From Clostridia bacterium (GTDB lineage Bacteria > Bacillota > Clostridia > Christensenellales > QALW01): DNA of 64,000 bases. Made by a program: the position numbers and the translations under genes. Shown here piece after piece: positions 1 through 10,500 of this stretch (position 1 is its first letter; each line of letters begins with the position of its first letter). The stretch lies in NCBI GenBank assembly GCA_045652205.1, contig JAZRTX010000023.1:8897-72896 (forward strand). The letters are read 5' to 3'. The notes below the pieces were generated by a model. That model did no database searches. It was not told the DNA's origin and worked only from the letters and a program-made list of their open reading frames with translations.

Positions 1-3000
1 TTATTATTTTGATTATCCCTTAAATACAAGCCTTCACCTATTGGATCGCTTATAGCATCATTGTACCAAGGTGTTAATTTATTTAAACAGGAATTTTTGT
101 AAAAGGTATATCCGCCACCGCTTTCAGTAATCAACGTACCAAAGTTTTTATTTGCAATAACGTTGGACCAGGGCATTGGCGTTTGCCCGTAAATATAATA
201 TTCCTTACCTTCATTTATAAATCTGCCAAAGCCTGAATCAAAACAACCATCAATTAAATCATTTTTGCTTAATGGGTATTTGTTTTCATGCTGATTAATA
301 TTATTTATTTCTATTTTGGGCTCAGTTTTTTGGATGGTATCCAGTTCATCTTCCAAATTATAACTTAAAAAACTTAAACTAATAAGTTCATTAAGGTCCT
401 CTTCCTTAATAATACTTTTTTTAAGATGGTGAACTGCACCTTGGAAATTAAGGCTGTTTATTATTTTAGTTGTTGAATTATAGGCTTCATCAAGATAATC
501 AAAAGAAGCATCTTCAATTAAAACAAGCTGCATAAAAAAGCCTTTATCCATTAAAAGTTTTACACTTTTTAATAAGGTGATAAGTTTTTCTTTATAATAA
601 TCCTTTGGTACAAACACCAACATCAACGGAATTTTATCATTTATTGAATACTGCCACAAGGTTTTTGGCATAGCCATATTGCCACTTGCCCTTGCACCTG
701 TTTCTTTTAAGGCGGCAATTTTTAATGATAAAAGCCAATCTTCCTTTTTAATATTAAAAGCATTTATATCGCCTTTTGCATAAAGACTTGCAGTTTCCTT
801 TTTTAAATTAACCGTTGCGATATTTTTTATTACGGGATCATTAAACGATAAAATTAAACAAGTTTCTTTTTGCTCACTGCCGTTTAAATAAACTTCCGTT
901 TCAACTGACATAACGGGAGTTACGGGATAATGTTTAAAGGAAGTATTAAAGTTTATTTTTGGCTTTGTAAAATCATTATTTCTTCCAACAAACTGGCTTT
1001 TATCCGTCTGAAATCTTAGGTTTTCGCCGTTAAGCACAGATAAGATGCACTTTTTTCCTGTTTTTTTATTAAGCATTTCTACTGCGTTTAGCCTTTCCTT
1101 TGCCTCAATAGAAAGTCCGTTAAAATACGGATGCGCCTGATAGTTTTCTAAGGTATTAAGTGCAATATCAATGGCAAAAACTATTTTTTGTTTTTGTACG
1201 TTTTCAGTTTTATTATTGAGCTTAACTGAAAGCAATATTTCAGAAGTATCTTCAATGGGATAAACGCTGAATTCCGCATCCAAAAACTTATCCTTTGAAA
1301 TATATTTTACACTTTCGGGTTTAAAAACCGTTTTGTATTCCTTGGTGTTATCCTTTACAGGTTCGTAAGAAATACTGCTTGTTTTTTCATTTTTTAAATA
1401 AAGATAGCCCTCGCCTATAAACGTTTCACCGTTAAAAATTTTTAGTTTACCTTTGTTTGTTGCTTCTACCCTTACTTCACCGCCAGATAAAACAAGCATT
1501 TCTGTACTTTGCTTATGTGGATAGATATACTGTTTGATAAATTCTTCACTTTTAATAATTTCAGGCATATCTTCCTTATCCGTTTGTTTGCGTGGCAAAA
1601 CGCCAATGGGCATTTTTTCATCAAGAAGCACTTTTGCAGCACTGATATAATTTGATTTTAAAAAGGCTTTTCTTATAAAGCCATCGTAAAAATAATTTGT
1701 TAAGGCGCAAAGGCTCATTCCTGAATGGTGCGCCATATGTGAATATACAACTGCACCTGCTTCGCCCTTTAATCGCTTATAATCTATGGCTTCATAAAAA
1801 CCTAATTTTCCCATTACACCGTTTTCAACAAGGCGGATAATATTATCCATACATTCCCTGTGTGCATATTCAATAGCAAGCATGGTTGAGTATGGTGAAA
1901 AAACCTTTTCCGTTTTAAAACTGCTGATTGCACTTACGGGGATACCAAAGGCTTTATAGCTGTATTCCCTTGACCTATCCAAATTATTAAACGCCGATTC
2001 GCTTATACCCCATATACCGTTTTTACTTTTATATTCCATCTGTGCTAAAACCTGCAAAAAAGAAGAATTATAAAGCATTGAATCCTTGGATGGCAGAATG
2101 AAAATATCCGGCATAAGATATTCAAACATAGTACCGCTCCAGGATAAACATAGGGGTTTATTATCTATTCTTGTATATTGCCTTGAAAGTTTAAACCAGT
2201 GTTCTGCGGGCAATTTATTAAGGGCAATACCAATAAAGCTTGTAAGGCGCGCTTCGGACATAAGCATATCGTAACAATTTGCACTTTTTTTATTATTTTT
2301 AGCATTTAAACCAATAGTAAGAAGTTTTTTCTTTTCATCAAACAAGCAGGAAAAATCTACGTTTTCAAGGTAATCATCAATAAAGGTTTCAATTTCCTTG
2401 AACTTTTGGCTTAAACTATACGCATAACTGTATATTTTTCTGAATTCGTTACGTATATCCTTTAAAATATCTGCGTGCTTCTCTCTGCCTGCACTCCACA
2501 CAAGGCCGTCTACCTTTTCTTCAAAATCCGTTATTTCAAGGGTTTCTTTAACTGAATAAGGAAAGCTTTGAAGATATTCTTTTAATGGGCGAAGATTGAA
2601 CTCACCTGTTTTTTCAATTTTATCAAAAATCTTTTTGGAAAAGCTTAAACCATCGTAATCGTTAACCCAGTTTTTAATGATTTTTTGGCAGAACTCAACG
2701 TCATCACAGGTAGAAATTATTCCTTCGTTCAAAAAATCTTCCGCTCTGTTTCTTGCTTTTTTACCGTTTAAAAGATAAAAATCGCTGGCGTATTCTTCTA
2801 AATGGGATTTAAAATCCTTGGGTACACCGTCTAAAAGCGAATAAATTGCATCGCCTATTCCGTTACATTCTGCTTTTTGAAGAATTTTTCTTTCCCTTGC
2901 TAAATTAAGCGCACCTTTAATTGCTATTAAAGAAGCACAGAAATTTCCGCTATCAACGGTTGAAACGTAAGAATCTAAAATCTCACTCGTTTCGGTGTTA

Positions 3001-5615
3001 TACCAGTTATAAAGATGTCCTTTATATTTAGGCAGTGTTTTGATTTTTTCAATCTGCTTTATTAAACCGTTTACAAAAAGTGACGGCGAATAAGCCCCTG
3101 ATTTCAATCCGCACACCTGACTTAAAAGCGCAAAACCGATATTGGTTGGTGACGTTCTTTGTGCATAACCCTTATATGGCTTTAATTGCAAGTTGTCAGG
3201 CATTATATTATCGTTATCGTTTAATGCTTCAAAAAAGAAACGTAATGTACGCATAAAAAGAAGCTTTAAACTATGGGTTTCCTCAGGCAACAAAGCGGGT
3301 TGTTGTTTATCTGTTTTTAAGCCAAGATTAAATGCAATTAAAGGACAAAGGCACCAAACTAAAAATGCCAAAAACCCAATAATAATGCCTATTCCGTTAT
3401 AAATACAAACACCGAAGAATACTGCCCCAAGAATTATTGAAGAAGCAAAAAATAAAAAGTATTCCTTTTTACCGCTGCTTTTTTGAGTTGAAGAAAAGGT
3501 TGACCATTCAAGCAACTTTTTATGGCTGATAAGCCTGCGCCATAATCCTTTAAACGCGCTTACAAAACCCGAAAAACATTCATAAGGCAAAAACATTTTG
3601 TTTATTAAAGAACGCTTTAAACTGTTTCTTCTGTTTGGGCGGTTATCTAAAAAGGCGTGCTTGGTTGTATCAAATTTCAAAGAATCAAGATATGCAAAAA
3701 TCGTAGGCATTGACATTTCTATTATGCACACGCCCCAAATTAAAAACGCCCATAAAGAAAAGAACGATGCAAGTAAAGCCTGTAAAAAGACACCAACAGG
3801 AAAAAGCGATTGGACAAGATTATAAAATATCTTCCATTTTGAAATGGGCTTTAAGGAAGAAAACAACCAGGGAACTAACTGCCAATCACCGCGAATCCAA
3901 CGTTCCCTGCGCTTATAAAAAGAAATAGGCGTTTGGGGAAAATCATCTAAAAAGGTAACGTCGTTGGCTTTCAACGTGTTTAAAAGTTCACCTTCCAAAA
4001 GATCGTGTGACAGTACGGTATTAGGTTGAATTTTACCACTGACTTGCCTTTGATATGCTTCAACTGAAAATATACCTTTTCCGCAAAATGACCCTGAAAG
4101 AAAAAAATCGTTATTGACCTCGCCCGTTGGATAGTTATAAGCATCAATTCCGCCTATTGTTGCCATTATTTTTGAAAAGGCAGTTTTGTTCTTTAACGTT
4201 GAGCCTATTTCAGCCTGCACAAGAGAGTAATTTTTATTTTTGGGATGTGTAATAACGCCTAAAAGCTTTACTACGCTTTCAGGGGGCATAACGGTATCTG
4301 CATCAAGAGTACAGATATACTTTACGTTTTGTAATGCTTTAATATTTTCCTTTAAAATAAATGAGTTTTCTTCACTATGAACAATATAGTTTACAAGTTG
4401 TTCAATGGCACCGCGTTTTCTTTCCCATCCGCTGTATTTTTTATCACGTTTTTCCCTTGTTCTTAAAATAGCAGAAAATCTGTTATCGTATTTTTCATTA
4501 AGTTCAACTATTCCTTCTTTTAATAAGGAAATGATTTTTTCATCGTTTTTATCCTGTGAATTTTCACATTCTTTAAGATCACCTAAAATCAGGTAAGTGC
4601 CGTTATCAAGATAGTTTGCAAAGTAGTATTCTTCAATGGTTTTAAGCGCTTTTTTTACGGCTTTTTCGTTTTCAAGCAATATTGTTAAAACTACTGCCGT
4701 TTTGTTTTCAAGCGTATCTGCAAACTCTTTTTTTAGGCGCATCGGTTTTTGGGGCATTGTGTGAAAAAGAATACTGCGGTTTATAACGTTTATAAAAAAT
4801 ACTAAAAAAGGGCAAAAAGATGCTATGCTTAGTGCTATTTTCAAAAATACCGTTGCAGGTAAAAGCCATATTAAAAAAATAAAAAACAGGCTTAACCCAA
4901 CGCCAGATAAAATATATAGCGCTAATTTTAAATTTACGGTTGGTTCTTTTTCATAAACACCGATTTTTAAATTAAAAAGTTCTTTGTTTAAAAACAGGTT
5001 TTCAGTTAACGTGCCTGCCTGTGAATTTAATTTCTCGCAGATTTCAATTTCAGAAAGGTTGCTTAAAAAACTTAATTTGCTTATTCGTTTACGGTAAAGG
5101 CTTTTAGTTTGTTCATCTGACTGCTGATATTCAGCGTGTTTTAATAAAAGTTGTTCCTGTTTTAAGCATTTTTCCCTGAAAGACGAAAAATCAATATGAT
5201 TAAAAAGTATCAGGGATTTAACTGCAAAAGGCGCAAAATCCTTGCTTACTTTATTTAATAAAATATCCTCAATCATTTCTAATAAGGTTATTTTAAAAAA
5301 CAGTGGCATAAGATCGTATTCTTCAAAAGAAAGATCAAAATTCTCTAAAATCTCAATAGTTTCTTCGTTTATATTGCCCTTTGTTTGTTTTGTTATTTCC
5401 CTTGCAAGTTCTATCGCTTTAGGCTGTTTATAGCCTTTTTTTAAGTAGCAAGCAGGGGCGTTTAATATAATAGCAGAATTTAACGCTAAAATACGGTTTT
5501 TATTATCGCTTATCCATTTTAAATTATCATCATCTTTTATGGGCTCAGATAAAAGTATTTCCAATCGTTTGTATAGTTTTAATGCATAATTTTTAATATT
5601 CAGCGTGCTAATCAT
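1..5615 (-). CDS. cyclic beta-1,2-glucan synthase-like giant protein (GT84-type glycosyltransferase domain, TM segments, GH94-type phosphorylase-like region); N-terminal ~1870 codons only, C-terminus is off the left edge
   Basis: ATG at 5613-5615 with GGAGG about 8 nt upstream. My hand translation stays open down to position 1, and the track lists no stop-bounded minus ORF here. Motifs ICTLDADT (~4290-4315) and FYKRRERWIRGDWQ (~3868-3910), then hydrophobic segments and an SGNF/WYNT-containing phosphorylase-like part. Confidence 0.75.
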   Translation of the reverse strand, partial: MISTLNIKNYALKLYKRLEILLSEPIKDDDNLKWISDNKNRILALNSAIILNAPACYLKKGYKQPKAIELAREITKQTKGNINEETIEILENFDLSFEEYDLMPLFFKITLLEMIEDILLNKVSKDFAPFAVKSLILFNHIDFSSFREKCLKQEQLLLKHAEYQQSDEQTKSLYRKRISKLSFLSNLSEIEICEKLNSQAGTLTENLFLNKELFNLKIGVYEKEPTVNLKLALYILSGVGLSLFFIFLIWLLPATVFLKIALSIASFCPFLVFFINVINRSILFHTMPQKPMRLKKEFADTLENKTAVVLTILLENEKAVKKALKTIEEYYFANYLDNGTYLILGDLKECENSQDKNDEKIISLLKEGIVELNEKYDNRFSAILRTREKRDKKYSGWERKRGAIEQLVNYIVHSEENSFILKENIKALQNVKYICTLDADTVMPPESVVKLLGVITHPKNKNYSLVQAEIGSTLKNKTAFSKIMATIGGIDAYNYPTGEVNNDFFLSGSFCGKGIFSVEAYQRQVSGKIQPNTVLSHDLLEGELLNTLKANDVTFLDDFPQTPISFYKRRERWIRGDWQLVPWLFSSLKPISKWKIFYNLVQSLFPVGVFLQALLASFFSLWAFLIWGVCIIEMSMPTIFAYLDSLKFDTTKHAFLDNRPNRRNSLKRSLINKMFLPYECFSGFVSAFKGLWRRLISHKKLLEWSTFSSTQKSSGKKEYFLFFASSIILGAVFFGVCIYNGIGIIIGFLAFLVWCLCPLIAFNLGLKTDKQQPALLPEETHSLKLLFMRTLRFFFEALNDNDNIMPDNLQLKPYKGYAQRTSPTNIGFALLSQVCGLKSGAYSPSLFVNGLIKQIEKIKTLPKYKGHLYNWYNTETSEILDSYVSTVDSGNFCASLIAIKGALNLARERKILQKAECNGIGDAIYSLLDGVPKDFKSHLEEYASDFYLLNGKKARNRAEDFLNEGIISTCDDVEFCQKIIKNWVNDYDGLSFSKKIFDKIEKTGEFNLRPLKEYLQSFPYSVKETLEITDFEEKVDGLVWSAGREKHADILKDIRNEFRKIYSYAYSLSQKFKEIETFIDDYLENVDFSCLFDEKKKLLTIGLNAKNNKKSANCYDMLMSEARLTSFIGIALNKLPAEHWFKLSRQYTRIDNKPLCLSWSGTMFEYLMPDIFILPSKDSMLYNSSFLQVLAQMEYKSKNGIWGISESAFNNLDRSREYSYKAFGIPVSAISSFKTEKVFSPYSTMLAIEYAHRECMDNIIRLVENGVMGKLGFYEAIDYKRLKGEAGAVVYSHMAHHSGMSLCALTNYFYDGFIRKAFLKSNYISAAKVLLDEKMPIGVLPRKQTDKEDMPEIIKSEEFIKQYIYPHKQSTEMLVLSGGEVRVEATNKGKLKIFNGETFIGEGYLYLKNEKTSSISYEPVKDNTKEYKTVFKPESVKYISKDKFLDAEFSVYPIEDTSEILLSVKLNNKTENVQKQKIVFAIDIALNTLENYQAHPYFNGLSIEAKERLNAVEMLNKKTGKKCILSVLNGENLRFQTDKSQFVGRNNDFTKPKINFNTSFKHYPVTPVMSVETEVYLNGSEQKETCLILSFNDPVIKNIATVNLKKETASLYAKGDINAFNIKKEDWLLSLKIAALKETGARASGNMAMPKTLWQYSINDKIPLMLVFVPKDYYKEKLITLLKSVKLLMDKGFFMQLVLIEDASFDYLDEAYNSTTKIINSLNFQGAVHHLKKSIIKEEDLNELISLSFLSYNLEDELDTIQKTEPKIEINNINQHENKYPLSKNDLIDGCFDSGFGRFINEGKEYYIYGQTPMPWSNVIANKNFGTLITESGGGYTFYKNSCLNKLTPWYNDAISDPIGEGLYLRDNQNN

Positions 5616-5753
5616 AATAACCTCCGCCTGTAATTTTTAGTTAAAAAAACATTGCAACCCATTTATTTAATAATGTTTTGTTTAGTATTTGCAAAATTAA
5701 GTAAGGTATGCAAAATTAACCATTTTACTTCGCAATACATAAGATAATTACAG

Positions 5754-6530
5754 GTGGTGATTTTTTTGAATTATTTACTTCTTGCCTTAATTTGTGCTAT
5801 CGGCACTTGGCTTTTAACCGCCTTAGGCAGTTCTTGCGTTTTCTTTTTTAAAAGGGTAAACGATAATATTTTAAATATGATGCTTGGGTTTTCTTCAGGC
5901 ATAATGATAGCAGCAAGCTTTTTTTCGCTTTTAGCACCTGCCATTGAAATGGCAACAACATTACCTTGGCTTATTGCTTCATTAGGTTTTTTGTCCGGCG
6001 GAATAACTTTAATTCTTTGCGATATGCTTTTAATTAAAATGAATAAAACAAAAAGTTTTACAAATTCAAAAAAGCGTTGCGCTATGCTTGTTACATCAAT
6101 AACCCTTCATAATATTCCTGAAGGCCTTGTTATAGGCGTTGCTTTTGGCGCATTAAATGGGCAAAGTATAACGCTAAACAACATAATTATGCCTCTTTCA
6201 ATCGCTATTGCCATAGGATTGCAAAACTTTCCCGAAGGTGCGGCAGTATCAATTCCTTTGCGGCGCGAAGGCTTTTCGCCTTTTAAAAGCTTTTTTTACG
6301 GTCAGCTTTCAGGAATGGTTGAGCCTGTTGCCTCTTTTTTAGGTGCTTTGCTTGTAGGGTTCTTTTCACCGATTCTGCCCTTTGCCCTATCCTTTGCCGC
6401 AGGTGCGATGATCTTTGTAGTTTTAAAAGAGCTTGTTCCCGAAAGCGAAAAAGACGGCGGGTATTTTGCTTCATTAGGCGCATTACTGGGTTTTACCACT
6501 ATGATGATGCTTGACGTGGCGTTAGGATAA
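5754..6530 (+). CDS. ZIP family divalent metal (zinc) transporter
   Basis: Polytopic membrane protein with HNIPEGL and GLQNFPEG motifs typical of ZupT/ZIP. The track start is GTG 5754, which lies inside AGGTGGTGA, so TTG at 5766 may be the true start. Confidence 0.8.
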   Translation: MVIFLNYLLLALICAIGTWLLTALGSSCVFFFKRVNDNILNMMLGFSSGIMIAASFFSLLAPAIEMATTLPWLIASLGFLSGGITLILCDMLLIKMNKTKSFTNSKKRCAMLVTSITLHNIPEGLVIGVAFGALNGQSITLNNIIMPLSIAIAIGLQNFPEGAAVSIPLRREGFSPFKSFFYGQLSGMVEPVASFLGALLVGFFSPILPFALSFAAGAMIFVVLKELVPESEKDGGYFASLGALLGFTTMMMLDVALG

Positions 6531-6564
6531 AAAAGACTGTCTATTTTTTAGACAGTCTTTTTTA
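6531..6564. terminator. bidirectional intrinsic terminator between the ZIP and AraC genes
   Basis: AAGACTGTCT / AGACAGTCTT 10-bp stem flanked by an A-tract and a T-tract. The last AraC codons lie inside the hairpin. Confidence 0.7.
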
Positions 6565-7396
6565 TTGATGAATTCATATGTGAAGTATCGTAATATCCGC
6601 ATATATGGGCAACATCGTTTTTAGAAAGATCTTTGTTTAAAAGAAGCTGTTGTGCCTTATTTTTACGGTATTGGCTTATATACTGATGAGGTGTTGTTTT
6701 AGTAACGAGAGCAAAGTTTCTTAAAAACGTTGAACGGGACATATATGCTTCCTTACATAAGTTTTCTATTGTAAGGCTTTTATCATAGTTTTTGTGAATA
6801 TATTCAAGTGCCTGTAAAATCTGTTGCTCGTACTTTGAATTTTTGCTTTCATTTTTATTATAGGTTTGCTTATACATTAAAAGCGAAAGCTCATAAAGCA
6901 CCTTTAACGCCGCCGCCTGTTTAAGCGGAATAAGATTATCGTATCTGAAATATTTATCTTTATTTTCAACGTGTTTTAAATCATACTGTATGCCTAAAAG
7001 CTCTTCTTCATTAAGATGCAAGAATCTTGAAGAACCTGCGTTTGCCCTTAAATGCGGTTCAATTTCAGTAAAGATTTCAAAGCCATCTATAGAACAAGCT
7101 TCCTGATAGTGACTTGACAAAAAATCAGGGTGAAATACTAAATGAAAAACATCTAACCCTTTGGCATCAGAATAGCCGTGGGTTTTAAAGGGCGGTATCA
7201 TAAAAACGTCACCGCGCTTAACCTGATAGCTTTCGTTTTCAATTTTGTGAACGCCTGTGCCTGAATAAATTATATTGATTTCATAGTATTCATGTTTATG
7301 AACATCAACGTTAAAATTCTTAAATAAAACGCCATAAATACCCCATTCTTTTTTTATGGTTCGTTCTATTGTGCATAAATAGACTTCAGTATTCAT
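6548..7396 (-). CDS. AraC family transcriptional regulator (cupin sensor + C-terminal HTH)
   Basis: N-terminal cupin-like region (GDVFMIPPFKTHGY). C-terminal AraC-type HTH (SRSTFLRNFALVTKTTPHQYISQYRKNKAQQLL). Divergent from the GH78 gene. Confidence 0.85.
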   Translation of the reverse strand: MNTEVYLCTIERTIKKEWGIYGVLFKNFNVDVHKHEYYEINIIYSGTGVHKIENESYQVKRGDVFMIPPFKTHGYSDAKGLDVFHLVFHPDFLSSHYQEACSIDGFEIFTEIEPHLRANAGSSRFLHLNEEELLGIQYDLKHVENKDKYFRYDNLIPLKQAAALKVLYELSLLMYKQTYNKNESKNSKYEQQILQALEYIHKNYDKSLTIENLCKEAYMSRSTFLRNFALVTKTTPHQYISQYRKNKAQQLLLNKDLSKNDVAHICGYYDTSHMNSSIKKTV

Positions 7397-7408
7397 AAAT
7401 TTTTTCCT

Positions 7409-7444
7409 TTTTGAAACGATTTTACTGATATTTGAAATTATTTT
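7409..7444 (+). promoter_or_regulatory. candidate AraC-type operator: two direct repeats TTTGAAAnnATTTT spaced 22 bp apart
   Basis: TTTGAAACGATTTT (7409-7422) and TTTGAAATTATTTT (7431-7444). The proximal repeat ends 4 nt before the -35 of the GH78 promoter. Confidence 0.4.
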
Positions 7445-7447
7445 CAG

Positions 7448-7476
7448 TTGAATTGTACCATTTTATAATGTATAAT
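7448..7476 (+). promoter_or_regulatory. sigma-A type promoter of the GH78 gene
   Basis: TTGAAT (7448-7453), 17-nt spacer, TG-extended TATAAT (7471-7476). On the other strand TTGACA (7476-7481), 18 nt, TACAAT (7452-7457) gives an overlapping divergent promoter for the AraC gene. Confidence 0.6.
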
Positions 7477-7508
7477 GTCAATATAAATATATCAATAAGG
7501 AGAGTTTT

Positions 7509-10500
7509 ATGAAAAAAACACTATCTGTGATACTTGCAGTGGTTCTTTTAACGTGTACCATAAGCAGTTTTCTGATGATATTTGCATTAAAAGGCTGTGC
7601 AACTGACGTATCATTAAATTTGGAGATAAACGACATGAAAGTTAACGGACTAAAAGAACCCCTTGGAATTGACACTACCCCCGTTTTCAGTTGGAAAAAC
7701 GTAAGTAACGGTTATAACAGAAGTATGTCTGCTTACAGAATAATCGTTGCTTCAACAAAAGAAAAGGCTGAAAAGTTTGAGGGTGATCTGTGGGATTCGG
7801 GCAAAACACAAGGCTCAAACAATTACGACATTATATATAACGGTGCTTCTTTAAGCTCAGTAACTGATTATTATTGGCGCGTTTCCGTTTACGATGAGCG
7901 CGACGTTAAATATGATAGCGAAATTGTACATTTTGGCACAGGTATGCTTTCAAAAAGCGAATGGACTGCTTCCTGGATAGGCGCTGAATCCGAAAAGACC
8001 TTTGATTTTTCAGGTGCAAACTGGATTTGGTCAGAAGAAGCCCAAAAAACTATTGAGACCTGTAAAAGATATTTCCGCAAATCCTTTACACCCGATAGCA
8101 CAAAAACTGTTAAAAAGGTTTTTGTTGGCGGTACTGCTGATGACAGCATTAAAATGTATTTTAACGGTGAACAGATTGCTTCAAGTTCTTCCTGGCAAGG
8201 CGGATTTTTTACAGATATAACAAACAAGGTTGTTGCCGGCAACAATACATTTGCCGCGGTAGTTTCTAATACCTTTACAGAAACAGGCTCATACGCTGCA
8301 TTTATTCTTAAAGCTCAGATTTATTATACTGACGGAACAAAAGAAGAAATTGTAACTGACGCAAGTTGGGTTTTAAATGATACTGAATTAACCGATTGGG
8401 CAAACGTAAGCTTTAATGATTCTGCCTGGGCAAAGGCAACAATAGTTGGAGCATATCCAATAAAGCCTTGGAATCAGTTAAATATTGACACTACTATTTT
8501 AACTCAGGACGAAAGTGCCCCGTATTTAAGAAAAGAATTTAACGTTTCAAAATCAGTAAAGAATGCAAAAATGCTTATTTGCGGTTTAGGTCTTTTTGAA
8601 CTTAAAATCAACGGCATTTTACCTGATGACACAGTACTTAATCCTGCAAACACGCAGTACGATGACACAGTTAATTACAGAGTTTTTGACGTTACTTCAC
8701 TTATTCAATCAGGTGAAAACGCCATTGGCGTTGAGCTTGGTAACAGCTGGTATAACGAAAACTTTGAAATGTGGAGCATAAAAAACGCACCTTGGCGTGA
8801 TAATCCCAAATTATTGGCTGAATTACATATTGTTTATGATGACGGCACAAAAGAAATTATAAAAACAGATACTTCCTGGAAAGTTAGTTTAGCAGGACCG
8901 ACAACCTATAACAGTATTTATCACGGTGAAAAGTACGATGCCCGCCTTGAAATCAAAGATTGGGACAAAGCAACGTATGATGATTCACTTTGGAAAAACG
9001 CTGTTATTGCAAAAACTCCCGGCGCTTTAAAGTTTGAAAATATGGAGCCTATGCGCAAGTTAAACACCTTCCCTTGCGAAATTACAAAACTTTTAGACGG
9101 TACGTACATTGTAAAGGTTCCCGTTATGACAACAGGCTGGGCTAAGATAACCTTCCGAAACACAACGCCCGGTGAAACCGTTAAAATTGCTTACGGCGAA
9201 ACCTTAAAGGCTAACGGAAAGCTTAATTACGTTGACTGGGGTACTTCTAACACAAGCGGCGGACCATTCCAGTTATTTGATTATACCTTTAAAGGCGCAC
9301 AAGAAGAATCCTATGAACCTAAATTCACCTATTGCGGTTATCAATACATTGAGATTTCAAATTATTCAGGAACACTTACTCCTGAGGACGTTAAATGTTA
9401 TTTAATTGCTAATGACGTTGAAAAGACAGGCGAATTTGAAACAGATAACGAACTTATAAACACCTTGCACGATAATATGGCAAGAGCTTTAATAAACAAT
9501 TTCCAAGGTAAGCCCACAGACTGTCCTACATGGGAAAAGTTAGGTTGGCTCGGCGATTATAACGTTATTGTAAGAACTGCTATGTATAATTACGGCATTC
9601 AGGCTTTTAACGAAAAGTTTATGAATGATATCCGCGATTCTGCAATTAATAACAAAATGGGTAATATTTCACCAATGGCAGGAACAGCACCTGGAAACGT
9701 TGTTGTTTGGAACTGTGCTTATGTTGAAGCAATATATGAATCCTGGTTAGCTTACGGTACTATTGAAATTGCCCAGGATCACTATGATTTAATGCGTGCA
9801 AATACCCTTACCCACGTTGACACTATAAAGAAAACAGTTTCTTCCGGCGGGCTTAGTAAACCAAGTTGGGTGTTTGAACACGAAGGCGCACTTAACGACT
9901 GGCAGGGACCTAACGGACCTTCAAGCGCCCCCGAAGGCTACGGTATTGTTGCAACTGCAACTTTTTACAGTGTAGTTAAGCATTTAAGAGAAATGGCCCT
10001 TGCGTTAGGCAAAACTGACGATGCCAACGAATATGCAGTTTATCTTGAAAACATTTATAACGCTTTTAACGAAACCTTCTATAATGAAGAAAAAGGCTAT
10101 TACGAAACAGGTTATTGGAATCCTGAATGGGCAGGCACACGTTCTGAATACAGGCAGACCTCAAACCTTGCGGCAGTTTATTACGGACTTTGCCCTGAGG
10201 ACAAATTAGAAAGCGTTGTTGCAAGTATTGCAAATGACGTTATTTCAAAGGACTATCATCTTGAAACAGGTCATATCGGAACAAGACTTTTATTGCCTGT
10301 GCTTTCTGAATACGGTTATGAAGACGTTGCATATAAGCTTATAACACAAACCACCTATCCTTCCTGGGGCTTCTGGGTTGAAAACGGTGCAACTTCCTGT
10401 TGGGAAGGTTATTCTCTTGCTGACACACGTTCAAGAAACCATTATTTCCTTGGCACATACGACCAGTGGTTATTTGAAAACGTTGCGGGTATTGACGAGC

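Noticed and set aside
2086-5433. Six plus-strand ORFs of 62-75 aa in the track (2086, 3193, 3598, 3710, 4405, 5242)
   Set aside because: All lie antisense to the long continuous minus-strand glucan-synthase-like frame. They are Lys/Ser/Leu-rich low-complexity translations without SD sequences.
5690-5719. Direct repeat TGCAAAATTAA x2 (19-bp period) in the glucan-synthase/ZIP divergent region, considered as a Zur-type operator
   Set aside because: It does not resemble the Firmicutes Zur box palindrome I know (TAAATCGTAAT-N-ATTACGATTTA). It is short and AT-rich, so chance cannot be excluded.
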